Source: Polyangiales bacterium (GTDB taxonomy: Bacteria; Myxococcota_A; Polyangia; Polyangiales; JADJQN01). From it: a stretch of DNA of 64,000 nt. Under the pieces are notes generated by a model. The model was not told where the DNA came from and did no database searches. It worked only from the letters and a program-made list of their open reading frames with translations. The position numbers were made by a program, and so were the translations under genes. Shown here piece after piece: positions 45,867 to 54,307 of the stretch (position 1 is the first letter of the stretch; each line of letters starts with the position of its first letter). The stretch covers positions 192,001-256,000 of the forward strand of contig CAXNJO010000003.1 of assembly GCA_964202905.1 (NCBI GenBank). Direction: 5' to 3'.

Positions 45867-47476
45867 CAGCGGCTCCCCCGGCGACGCCGCACCACGAGGC
45901 CGAGCAGCGCGAGCGCCGCGAGGCCCCAGCCCGCCCCGCCCTGCGTGCGCGCCACGTCACAGCCGCAGCCCGTCGACGCACGCGTCGGCGCGCGACGCGG
46001 ACGACCGCCCGCGTCCACGTCCATCGGTACGCCCGCGTCCTCGCCGCCCGAGCCCGCATCGACGGGCGGCGGGGGCGGCGGCACGCCCGCATCCACCGCG
46101 GGGATCGGCACGCACTCGCCGAGCTCGCACTGCTCGCCGCGCGGACACACGGCGCCCGCGCACGCGTCGAGGCACGCGCCATCCTCGCAGTAAGTGCCCG
46201 GATCGCAGATGCGCACATCGCAGCCCGCCGACTCGCACGAACCGTCCGCAAGACACGTCTGGCCGGCCGGGCACGGATTGCAGGGACATTGCGCGACGCA
46301 GGCGCCATCCACGCAGACCTCGCCGCTGCCGCAGGTCAGGATGTCGCAGAGATCCGCGCAGCGGCCCGCGATGCACTGCTGATCGTGCGGACACACGATG
46401 CCGTCACAGGCGCCCACGCAAGCGCCGCCCGCGCAGCGCTCGTTCGCGGGGCAGGTCACACCGATGCACGCGATCTCCACGCACGATCCGGTGTCGGCGC
46501 ACATATACCCATCGGCACAACCCCCCTCGAAACAGGGCGGCACACACGCGCCCGAGACACAGACGTCGACGCCGGTGCAGAGGCCGCTGCCGTCGTCGAC
46601 GAGCCCGTTGCAGTCGTTGTCGATGTTGTCGCAGCGCTCCGCCGAGGGGACGCCGATGGGCGCGCACACGGTGTCGCGACCCACACACTGCGTGATGCCC
46701 ACGCTGCATGCGCCGACGCCGTCCGCGGCGCACGACTCGCCGGTGCCCGGGCAGACGACGCCGCCGCCACGCACGCTGAAACGCCAGATCCCCGGCTCAC
46801 CCACGTTCGAGTCGCTGCAGAGCGAGCGCGCGATGCCGGGCGCGCGCGAACCCGGGATTTCCACGAAGTTCACACGATCGCCCGCGTCGAAACCGGCCTG
46901 CGCCTCGGTGCCCCCGAAGCCGCGAACACCCATGCTCGCGTCGCCCGTCTCCCACTCGCAGCGGTTGTAACGGAACTCGACGTCGAAATCGCCGAGCCCA
47001 CAGCCGAGCGCCGCGGTGACGACGAGCTGGAAATCCATCTTCAAGTCGTCGTGGGTGTTGTAATAACCCACGTTGTGCCAGGTGATCTGCATGCGCCCCG
47101 GCGCCAGATTCCAGAACACGGTGTTGTTCGTGGGACCGCCGCCACCGCGCGTATCCACATCACCCCAATAGGGCGCGATCATCGGCTGCGAGGCGACCGG
47201 AAACGGATTGGGCGTATAGGTCGGGAGCGGACCGCCGAACGTGATGTTGCCATTGTTGTTGACATACATCTGCGAGTAGATGCCCCCGAAGAACCCAAGC
47301 CCACCGGGGAAGGAGCCCGTGATCGGGATGGGCGAAGAGGAGCCATCATCGTTCGTCGGCAAGATCCCGTCCCCGGGGCCCGGAACGAGCGGCGGGAGCA
47401 GCGGCACGGCGTGCGCGCGGAGACCGGGCGCGAGGGCGAGGATGACGACGGAAGCGGCGAAGGAAAGACGGCGCAT
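45866..47476 (-). CDS. Nidogen (NIDO)-like domain protein with Cys-rich stalk and MYXO-CTERM
   Basis: NDDGSS, MYVNNNGNITF, IAPYWGDVDTR, TWHNVGYY, WETGDAS, AQAGFDAG, PGIWRF; tail GCGC + TM + RRRR. Confidence 0.85.
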   Translation of the reverse strand: MRRLSFAASVVILALAPGLRAHAVPLLPPLVPGPGDGILPTNDDGSSSPIPITGSFPGGLGFFGGIYSQMYVNNNGNITFGGPLPTYTPNPFPVASQPMIAPYWGDVDTRGGGGPTNNTVFWNLAPGRMQITWHNVGYYNTHDDLKMDFQLVVTAALGCGLGDFDVEFRYNRCEWETGDASMGVRGFGGTEAQAGFDAGDRVNFVEIPGSRAPGIARSLCSDSNVGEPGIWRFSVRGGGVVCPGTGESCAADGVGACSVGITQCVGRDTVCAPIGVPSAERCDNIDNDCNGLVDDGSGLCTGVDVCVSGACVPPCFEGGCADGYMCADTGSCVEIACIGVTCPANERCAGGACVGACDGIVCPHDQQCIAGRCADLCDILTCGSGEVCVDGACVAQCPCNPCPAGQTCLADGSCESAGCDVRICDPGTYCEDGACLDACAGAVCPRGEQCELGECVPIPAVDAGVPPPPPPVDAGSGGEDAGVPMDVDAGGRPRRAPTRASTGCGCDVARTQGGAGWGLAALALLGLVVRRRRGSR

Positions 47477-47607
47477 CCCGCGAGCGTATCCCCCAGAACG
47501 ACGCGGGGGAAGCGACACGGTCTTCCCAGAAACCCGGCGTCCGCGACACGCCCCCGCCGCGCGACGACCGCGACCTCCGCCCCGAACCACGCCCATCGGA
47601 CGAACGG

Positions 47608-48264
47608 CTATGGGCACGCCCCCCAGAGGCCGGCGCGGTCGTCGCGGGCGGCCTGCTCGTCGGCGGTGAAGAGCGCCTCGTAGGTGGCGTTGTCGCTGAA
47701 GATGAACTTCTTCACGAGGCCGCGGCGCAGGAGCTGGCGCTGGAGCATGTCGTTGTCGCCGCCGCCGAGGTGGGCATAGGCGAGCGTGCGGCCAAAACGG
47801 TCGAGGCAGCTGCGTCCGTTGCCGAAAGTCAGCCACACGTAGCGGCCGGAGAGGTTCATGCGGATGTAGTCGCGCGACTCGGCGGAATAGCAATCCGCAG
47901 GTGTCGGGTCGGGCGGATGCGCGAGCTCGGGCGCGTCGATCCCGATCAAGCGAATGTCGGTATCCGGCGCGCCGTCGAGGCCCGCGACGTGGAAGGTGTC
48001 ACCGTCGACGCCGCGGATCACCTGCACGAGCGCGGGCGCGTGACACGGTGTGTCGCCCTCGCGCAGCGGCGAAGGGTCGAGCGACATCACGCGCGCGTCG
48101 TCGAGCAAGAGCGGGCCGGTGAAGGGCATACCGCGCACGGGATCGTACGGCGCGCCGGCATCGACGGGCAGTCCGCCATCGACACCGGCGTCGAAGTTCG
48201 GCGCGCGGGTGTCGATGCAGGCGGTGAGGAGGAGGAGCGCGGCGGCGAAGGAAGCGATACGCAC
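47608..48264 (-). CDS. Thermonuclease (SNase-fold) lipoprotein
   Basis: Lipobox LTAC; VDGDTF, IRLIGIDAPE, DRFGRTLAY, LLRRGL, EQAARDDRAGLWG. Confidence 0.9.
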   Translation of the reverse strand: MRIASFAAALLLLTACIDTRAPNFDAGVDGGLPVDAGAPYDPVRGMPFTGPLLLDDARVMSLDPSPLREGDTPCHAPALVQVIRGVDGDTFHVAGLDGAPDTDIRLIGIDAPELAHPPDPTPADCYSAESRDYIRMNLSGRYVWLTFGNGRSCLDRFGRTLAYAHLGGGDNDMLQRQLLRRGLVKKFIFSDNATYEALFTADEQAARDDRAGLWGACP

Positions 48265-48303
48265 GGCCCCTCGAGGGTAGCCGATGCCCCGCGGGCGCGG
48301 GGA

Positions 48304-49983
48304 TCAGAAGCGGAACTGGATCTCGAAACGGGCCGACTGCTCGTTCACCGGCGCGTCGAGGCGATCCGGGTTCGCCTCGATCGTGCGGTTCGTGTAGACG
48401 AGCGAGGCGAGGCCGATGTTGCGGTACCAGTAGAGGTGCGCGCCGAGACGCCACTGGAACTCTTGCAGCGGGCGGCGGATGGTGTCCGAGCCGTAATCGC
48501 AGGTGTTGGAGCCCGTCGCGCGGTCGACCGTCTCGCAGTCGGGCGCCTGCGGATAGAAGCCACCGACATCGCCAGAGAGCAGGAAGAGCTTGGGGATCAC
48601 GAGCACGCCGAGCTGCGCGACGAAGGAGGGCGCGAACGCGCCGAGCTCGAACTCCTGCTTTCCGTAATGCTCGACGGAGAAGAGGAAGCGCGAATAGCGG
48701 GCGAGGAAATAGGCGTTCCACGCGACGAAGCGCTCGACGGGGCGCTGGTCCCACTTCACGCCGAGCGAGAGCGCGACGGTGAGTGGCGAAGGCGTGTAGA
48801 GGAAGGGCGAGTCGAAGCGGCTCGCGCGACCGACGAAGTTGATCGCGACCTGCGCGCCCGCCGTGTAGCTGAAGTTGCGGTCGTTGTTCGTGAAGAAGGA
48901 GCCGCCGACGTTGCCCGTCGAGTTGCCCGAGCCGCCCGCCGCGAAGACGCGGTATTGCAGCGTCCCGTCGAGCAGCGGGCCGCCGACCTCGACCGCTGCG
49001 CCGTTGCCCTGCTCGAACGCGGAATACACGTAGAACGCCGGATCGAGCAGCAGCTGACGCGCCGCGCTCGTGATCAGCGCCGACGAGAGCGAGCCCGAGC
49101 CGCTGTTGATGTTGAGGTAATGCCCGCTCCCGCCGAGCGGGACCTGGAACATCGCGAAGGTGAGCCGCGGCGTGCGCTCCGCCCTCATGTTGATGAGGAA
49201 GAAGCTGTTCTGCATGAAGGGGATGGGGCCGAGCGCGCGGAGCTGGATGCGCGAGAAACGCGCGTCCCACACATCCTCGGGCGCGGGAACGCCGGCGGCT
49301 TCTGCGTCCGCCGAGAGCGAATCGCGCTGGAACGTCGCGCCGACGCCGACGACCGCCGAGAAGCGCACGCCGGGGCCGCTGTGGCAGACGGTCACCTGCG
49401 GGTCGAAGCGGCAGCCGAAGTCGGCGCAATCCATCCGGCCGTCGTTGTCGTTGTCGATGCCGTCCGCGCAGACCTCGTCGGTGCGCTCGCCGTCGGCGTC
49501 GCCGCCGGTGCCGATCAGATCTTCGACCGTCATGCCCGCGCCGAGCTCGGGGATGTCCTCGTCGAGACCCGCCTGCGACGCGCCCGCCGCGGGGGCAGCG
49601 CCGTTCGCGGAGCCCTGCCACGAGCCGCGACAGCGCGTGACGCCGGGGCCGTTGCAGTCCTCGTCGTCGCAGTCGATCGCGTCGTCGCCGTCGTTGTCGA
49701 TCCAGTCGCTGCACGCGGCGTTCGTGTTCTCGCCGCCCTGCCCCGACTCACACGCGGCCGCGCTGAAGCAGTCGGCGTCCGCGCAGTCGACGAGGCCGTC
49801 GCCGTCCTCGTCGCGGCGGTCGTCGCAGGTCGACTCGCGCTCGGGGCGCGGCGCGGCGGGCACGGACACCGCATCCCCCGCAGGCGGCGGCGCGTCCTGC
49901 GCGCGGAGCGGGGCGGCGAACGCGAGCGTGGCGAGGGCGAGCAGCGCGGCCTGGGCAGCGGAGGGGGTCTTCGAGCGAGTCAT
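48304..49983 (-). CDS. Outer-membrane beta-barrel/porin-like protein with three N-terminal Ca-binding Cys repeats
   Basis: Signal peptide ending LRA-Q; 3x C.D..D.D.DG..DC.D..C; amphipathic strands; C-terminal ARFEIQFRF beta-signal. Confidence 0.7.
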   Translation of the reverse strand: MTRSKTPSAAQAALLALATLAFAAPLRAQDAPPPAGDAVSVPAAPRPERESTCDDRRDEDGDGLVDCADADCFSAAACESGQGGENTNAACSDWIDNDGDDAIDCDDEDCNGPGVTRCRGSWQGSANGAAPAAGASQAGLDEDIPELGAGMTVEDLIGTGGDADGERTDEVCADGIDNDNDGRMDCADFGCRFDPQVTVCHSGPGVRFSAVVGVGATFQRDSLSADAEAAGVPAPEDVWDARFSRIQLRALGPIPFMQNSFFLINMRAERTPRLTFAMFQVPLGGSGHYLNINSGSGSLSSALITSAARQLLLDPAFYVYSAFEQGNGAAVEVGGPLLDGTLQYRVFAAGGSGNSTGNVGGSFFTNNDRNFSYTAGAQVAINFVGRASRFDSPFLYTPSPLTVALSLGVKWDQRPVERFVAWNAYFLARYSRFLFSVEHYGKQEFELGAFAPSFVAQLGVLVIPKLFLLSGDVGGFYPQAPDCETVDRATGSNTCDYGSDTIRRPLQEFQWRLGAHLYWYRNIGLASLVYTNRTIEANPDRLDAPVNEQSARFEIQFRF

Positions 49984-50087
49984 TCTCTCGGCGTCCTTCG
50001 TGGGGGTCGGCGCAGCAGGGCGGAGTGCGTGATCGGTGGAGCAGAGCGGCGCGCGAGCGGCGCGCGCCCGTTCAGGGGCAGACGCGG

Positions 50088-51359
50088 TCAGGGGCAGACG
50101 CGGCGCGCGGTCGCGCACGTCCCGGCTGCGACGACCGCGGGGTGGTAGTAACAGTCCCAGTCGGCGCAGTTCGCGAAGCCGTCGCCGTCGTTGTCGCGCG
50201 GGGCGCCGCGGTCGTCGGTGTCGGTGCAGAGTCGGATGACCTCCTCCTTGCCGGCGGCGCTCTCCGGGTCGAGCACGGCGCTCTCGAAGCACACGCGCCG
50301 CACGTTGAGGTCGTCGGACTGCGCGCACGAGTAGTCCGCGCAGTCGGTGAAGCCGTTCCCGTCGTCGTCGCGGCCGTTCGAGCACTTCTCGGGGGTCGCC
50401 TCGCCGACGCTCAGGCAGAACGTGACCACCGCGGGATCGTCGGAGCGCGCGCAGCTGAAATCCGCGCAGTCGATGAAGCCGTTGCCGTCTTCGTCGAGGC
50501 CATTCATGCACTCGGCGAGCGTGTCCTCGGACGGCAGGCTCGCGCAGTACGCGACGGCAGCGGGGTCGTCGGAGCGCGAACAGCTGAAGTCGTCGCAGTC
50601 GAGGAAGCCATTGCCATCGTCGTCGAGGCCGTTCATGCACTCGGCGAGGGAGTCTTCGACCGGCAGGCTCGCGCAGTAGGCCGCCACGCCCGGCTCGCTC
50701 GAGCGCGAACAGCTGAAGTCGTTGCAGTCGAGGAAGCCGTTCCCGTCGTTGTCGAAGCGGTCCATGCAGCGCGCGAGGGTGTTCTCCGGGCCCATCTCGG
50801 GCGGCGGGCCGGTGCGGCAGGCGTCGCTCGCGGCGCAGTCGGAATCGGCACAATCCGCCGCGGAATCTCCGTCGTTGTCGTAGGCATCCGCGCAGTCGGT
50901 CTCGGCTGCACACACCGTCACATAGAGGCCATTGCGACAGCCGAAATCCCGGCAATCCGCGAAGCCGTTGCCGTCGTTGTCGCGGCGATCGCTGCACGCT
51001 TCGTTGGTGAACTCGTTGGAGCAGCAGTTCTCGGGGATGGCCTGGCAATCCCGATCTCCGCAGTCGAACTGACCGTCGCCATCGTTGTCGATGAAGTCGT
51101 TGCAGGTGACGTAGGTATTCTCGGCGTCTTCGGTGGGGACGAGGGGAATCACCTCGCCGCACAGCGTCGAACGCCGGAGGCAGTCGTCGTCGAGACAATC
51201 GATCTGTCCGTCACGGTCGTCGTCGATGCCGTTCGAACAGGCGTCGTCGTTGGTCTCGTAGCCGAGCACGACGACCCCGGGCGGGGTCCAGCAGGCGCCG
51301 ACGAGGACGAGAACCGCGAGCAGTGCGGGTGTGCGGAGAATGGGATTCACGCGGCGCAT
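50088..51359 (-). CDS. Lipoprotein with nine C.(N/D)..D(N/D)DG(N/D)G..DC.D..C repeats
   Basis: Lipobox VGAC; repeats counted in the translation; TGATG overlap with the upstream nuclease gene. Confidence 0.8.
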   Translation of the reverse strand: MRRVNPILRTPALLAVLVLVGACWTPPGVVVLGYETNDDACSNGIDDDRDGQIDCLDDDCLRRSTLCGEVIPLVPTEDAENTYVTCNDFIDNDGDGQFDCGDRDCQAIPENCCSNEFTNEACSDRRDNDGNGFADCRDFGCRNGLYVTVCAAETDCADAYDNDGDSAADCADSDCAASDACRTGPPPEMGPENTLARCMDRFDNDGNGFLDCNDFSCSRSSEPGVAAYCASLPVEDSLAECMNGLDDDGNGFLDCDDFSCSRSDDPAAVAYCASLPSEDTLAECMNGLDEDGNGFIDCADFSCARSDDPAVVTFCLSVGEATPEKCSNGRDDDGNGFTDCADYSCAQSDDLNVRRVCFESAVLDPESAAGKEEVIRLCTDTDDRGAPRDNDGDGFANCADWDCYYHPAVVAAGTCATARRVCP

Positions 51360-52336
51360 CAGTGCCTGAGACAGGACGCACGGGAGAGCCCGTAGCGGCG
51401 GTTGAAGGCCACGTTGACCATGCAGGAGCCGCGCGCCTCGGTGACGGTGCCGAGCGCGCCGGAGGCTTTCTTCGCGGCGAGCGCGGCGGCGAGCGGCGCG
51501 CGCGACGCCTCCGCGACCCACTCGGGGAGTTCGTCGTGGCGCAGATAGAAGGCCGTGGCGTTCGCGAGGTGGAGATTGTCGATGTCCGCGAGCGCAGCGG
51601 CGAGCGCGCGGTCTTCGCGGAGCTGGCCGGCGACCGCGTCGACGCGGGCGTAGTCGACGCGCTTCTCCGTGATGCAGACCGTCTGACACTCGCTGTACGT
51701 CTCGCGGTGCTTCATCGAGTCGGAGTGACCGTCGCGCGTGGAGATCATGCGGTTGTAGGCGAACTCGCGCTCCGGATCTTCGTCGATCGAGTGGATCGAG
51801 GTGACGACGAACTGCGGAATGCCGTGCGCCCACATCCCGCGGCGCTCCGCCTGCGCGAGGCGCTGCGCGCGGATCAGCGCGATGCTGCCGGGGCGATCGT
51901 CGATGTTGTAGACGTGCGCGAGGCCCTTGCGGATGTCGTCGAGCGCGAGATCGGGGCAATCCCAGAGCGTGCGGCCGTAGCCGTCGCGGTTCATGTCGCT
52001 CGTGCAGTGCCAGACGCCATGGCGACCGTTCAGCGTCGCCATCTTCGCGTTGACGTAGAGCTCCCAGGGGTTCCACGTGCCCCACGAGTGCGCGGGGCCG
52101 AAGCTCTCGAGCGTGTTGTACCCGCCGAGGCGCGCCTTGCCGCCGGCGTGCAGGCCGGCGAGGACACGGAAGCTGTCGCCGTCGTTGAAGTACACCGGCG
52201 AGGGCACGCCGTTGAGGAAGACGCGTGAGGCCTGCTCCGCGTGGGCGCCGCCCCGCAGCGCGGTGAGCGCGCCAGCGACGAGCACGGCGGCGATCAGGGA
52301 GCGCGCAGGCCGCAGGAGCCGGGGCTTCGGAGACAT
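51359..52336 (-). CDS. Secreted divergent SNase-fold nuclease with C-terminal extension
   Basis: Signal peptide ending AHA; NDGDSF, ARLGGYNTLE, DGYGRTL, IRKGLAHV, AQRLAQAERRGMW follow SNase motif order. Confidence 0.75.
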   Translation of the reverse strand: MSPKPRLLRPARSLIAAVLVAGALTALRGGAHAEQASRVFLNGVPSPVYFNDGDSFRVLAGLHAGGKARLGGYNTLESFGPAHSWGTWNPWELYVNAKMATLNGRHGVWHCTSDMNRDGYGRTLWDCPDLALDDIRKGLAHVYNIDDRPGSIALIRAQRLAQAERRGMWAHGIPQFVVTSIHSIDEDPEREFAYNRMISTRDGHSDSMKHRETYSECQTVCITEKRVDYARVDAVAGQLREDRALAAALADIDNLHLANATAFYLRHDELPEWVAEASRAPLAAALAAKKASGALGTVTEARGSCMVNVAFNRRYGLSRASCLRH

Positions 52337-52449
52337 CCGGCCGCATCCAATCCCGCGGCGCACGGGATGTCAACCGCGACGACGTGTCCGGACGGTGCCG
52401 GAGGCGTCACGCGACGCGGGGTACGCGCGCGACGCGGGGCACGACCGCG

Positions 52450-54252
52450 TCAGGGCGCGGGTGGGGTCCACGCGATGAGCTCGCGCATCTTCGACTCGAG
52501 GCGCGGCCAGCCCTCGGGCCCGATGCTGTTGGTCTCCTCGTAGTGATCGCCCGGGGCCTGCGTCGTGTAGGGCGAGGGGCCGAGCTGGTAATCGAACTCG
52601 GGCACGAAATAGCCCATGAAATCCTCGGCACAGCCGAAGAGCATCACGTACTCGGCGTCGGGCCGCGCGGCGATCGCGCGCTCGCGGAGATAGCCGTCGT
52701 CCGGCGCGCGCGAGAGCTCCGGCGGGTTCTCGCGCGTGGTGTCGACGACGGGCACACCGGTGGGCGTGTAGGAGCCGTCCTTGCCGCCGACGAAGAGCAT
52801 CGGGTCGAGCTCGCCGGGCGCCGTGAGGATGCGCGCGCGGCCGATGTCGAGCACGGCGATCTCGGTCTCGAGCCAAGGCGGATTCGACGAGCTCGCACGG
52901 CGGTTCGGGTTGTAGGCGAAGAGCTCGCGCGTGAAGACGCCGAACTCGCCGCCGAGCTGGTAGAGGACGTTCTCGACCTTCAGCTTGAAGACGTAGTTGC
53001 GGTAGGCGAGCGCGGCCGTCTCGTCGGTGACGACGCCGCTCGTCGCGGAGAACGCGCGCAGGATCTGCTGCGCGAGGCGGGTGCCGAGCACCTCGGCGGC
53101 GCGGAGCGAGCGGTTGGGCAGCGCGGTGGTGCCGTCGAAGTCGCGCGGGCTCGTGCGGGCCGGGCCGATCTGCACGCCGAGCGCGCCCTGATAGAAGACG
53201 CAGACGCCGCCGAGGCCCGGCAGATCGGTCTCGGTGGGCGTGGGCGCGGTCACCCCATCTTCGACGCCCTCGCGCAGCCAGTGCACGAAGTCGCTCGAGA
53301 GCAGCTGGTTCTCGCTGCCGGTGTATTCGGGGTGCGCGGCGAAGTTCACGAGCGTCGCGATCGTGCGCGTCTCGTCGGTGGCGTCCGCGAAGCGCATGAG
53401 GCGCACCTCGTCGTCGACGATGTTGGGGTCGCGCCCGTCGCCGACGTAGCGGTTGACGCCGCCCTCCATGTCGCGGACGCGCGTGAGGGCGTACTGCACG
53501 TGCGCGGGGGCGAGCGCGTCGACGGCCTGCTTCGCGGCCGCGGCGATCGCGCGGTTGATGCGATCGTTGTATTCGTCGCTGCGGCCGGTGGCGTTGGGCG
53601 CCGGGCCCCAGATGCCGACGGTGTCGCGGCCCTCGTGGTTGTGCGTCGACGAGACGAGCAGGTGATCGAAGTCGACGCCCATCTCACGCGCATACGCGCG
53701 GGCGCGCTGGACATCGTCGCGGAAGTAGCCGACGACGTCGATCGATACGAGCACGAGCGTGGTGCCGTTGTGGCGCAGGGCGATGGCGCGGGCCCACTGC
53801 GGGTCGCGCACGCCGCTCGCGCCGCGCGGGCTGCCGTAACCGGCGATCCAGACACCCTCGTAGATGCCGTTGCCGTTCTTGTCCATGAACTGATCGCCGT
53901 CGCTCGCGTCGAAGCTGCCGTTCCCGTTCACGTCGACGGTCTGGAAGTCGGCGTCGGTCAGATCCGGCGTGATGTCGATCGCCGCGGCGCCCGCGCGGAG
54001 CACATCGTCGCCCTCGGCGGGGCAGTCGGGCCCGCCCGGGCAGTACGAGAGCGGCACGGGCTCGTCGACGACGATGCCGTAGTCGGGCCGCATCCCCGCG
54101 TCCATCGGCCCCGCATCGACGCCCGCGTCGGGCGTGCCGGCGGGGTCGTCGTCGCCGCACGCGGCGAAGACGAGCGTGAGAGACAAGAGCGCAATCCGCG
54201 CGAGGGCGCGACGGGACGCGGCGATGACCGAAAGATGGACGGCGGCACGCAT
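52450..54252 (-). CDS. Neutral/alkaline ceramidase-like lipoprotein
   Basis: Lipobox FAAC; AGAAAIDITP, GVRDPQWARA, SSTHNHEG.D..G.WG, NFAAHPE, SSDF, PGE, HYEETNS. Confidence 0.75.
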   Translation of the reverse strand: MRAAVHLSVIAASRRALARIALLSLTLVFAACGDDDPAGTPDAGVDAGPMDAGMRPDYGIVVDEPVPLSYCPGGPDCPAEGDDVLRAGAAAIDITPDLTDADFQTVDVNGNGSFDASDGDQFMDKNGNGIYEGVWIAGYGSPRGASGVRDPQWARAIALRHNGTTLVLVSIDVVGYFRDDVQRARAYAREMGVDFDHLLVSSTHNHEGRDTVGIWGPAPNATGRSDEYNDRINRAIAAAAKQAVDALAPAHVQYALTRVRDMEGGVNRYVGDGRDPNIVDDEVRLMRFADATDETRTIATLVNFAAHPEYTGSENQLLSSDFVHWLREGVEDGVTAPTPTETDLPGLGGVCVFYQGALGVQIGPARTSPRDFDGTTALPNRSLRAAEVLGTRLAQQILRAFSATSGVVTDETAALAYRNYVFKLKVENVLYQLGGEFGVFTRELFAYNPNRRASSSNPPWLETEIAVLDIGRARILTAPGELDPMLFVGGKDGSYTPTGVPVVDTTRENPPELSRAPDDGYLRERAIAARPDAEYVMLFGCAEDFMGYFVPEFDYQLGPSPYTTQAPGDHYEETNSIGPEGWPRLESKMRELIAWTPPAP

Positions 54253-54307
54253 GGCGCGACGTTATCGCGCCACGGTCGGCGTTGTCATGGAAGCGCGGCG
54301 CGAGGCC

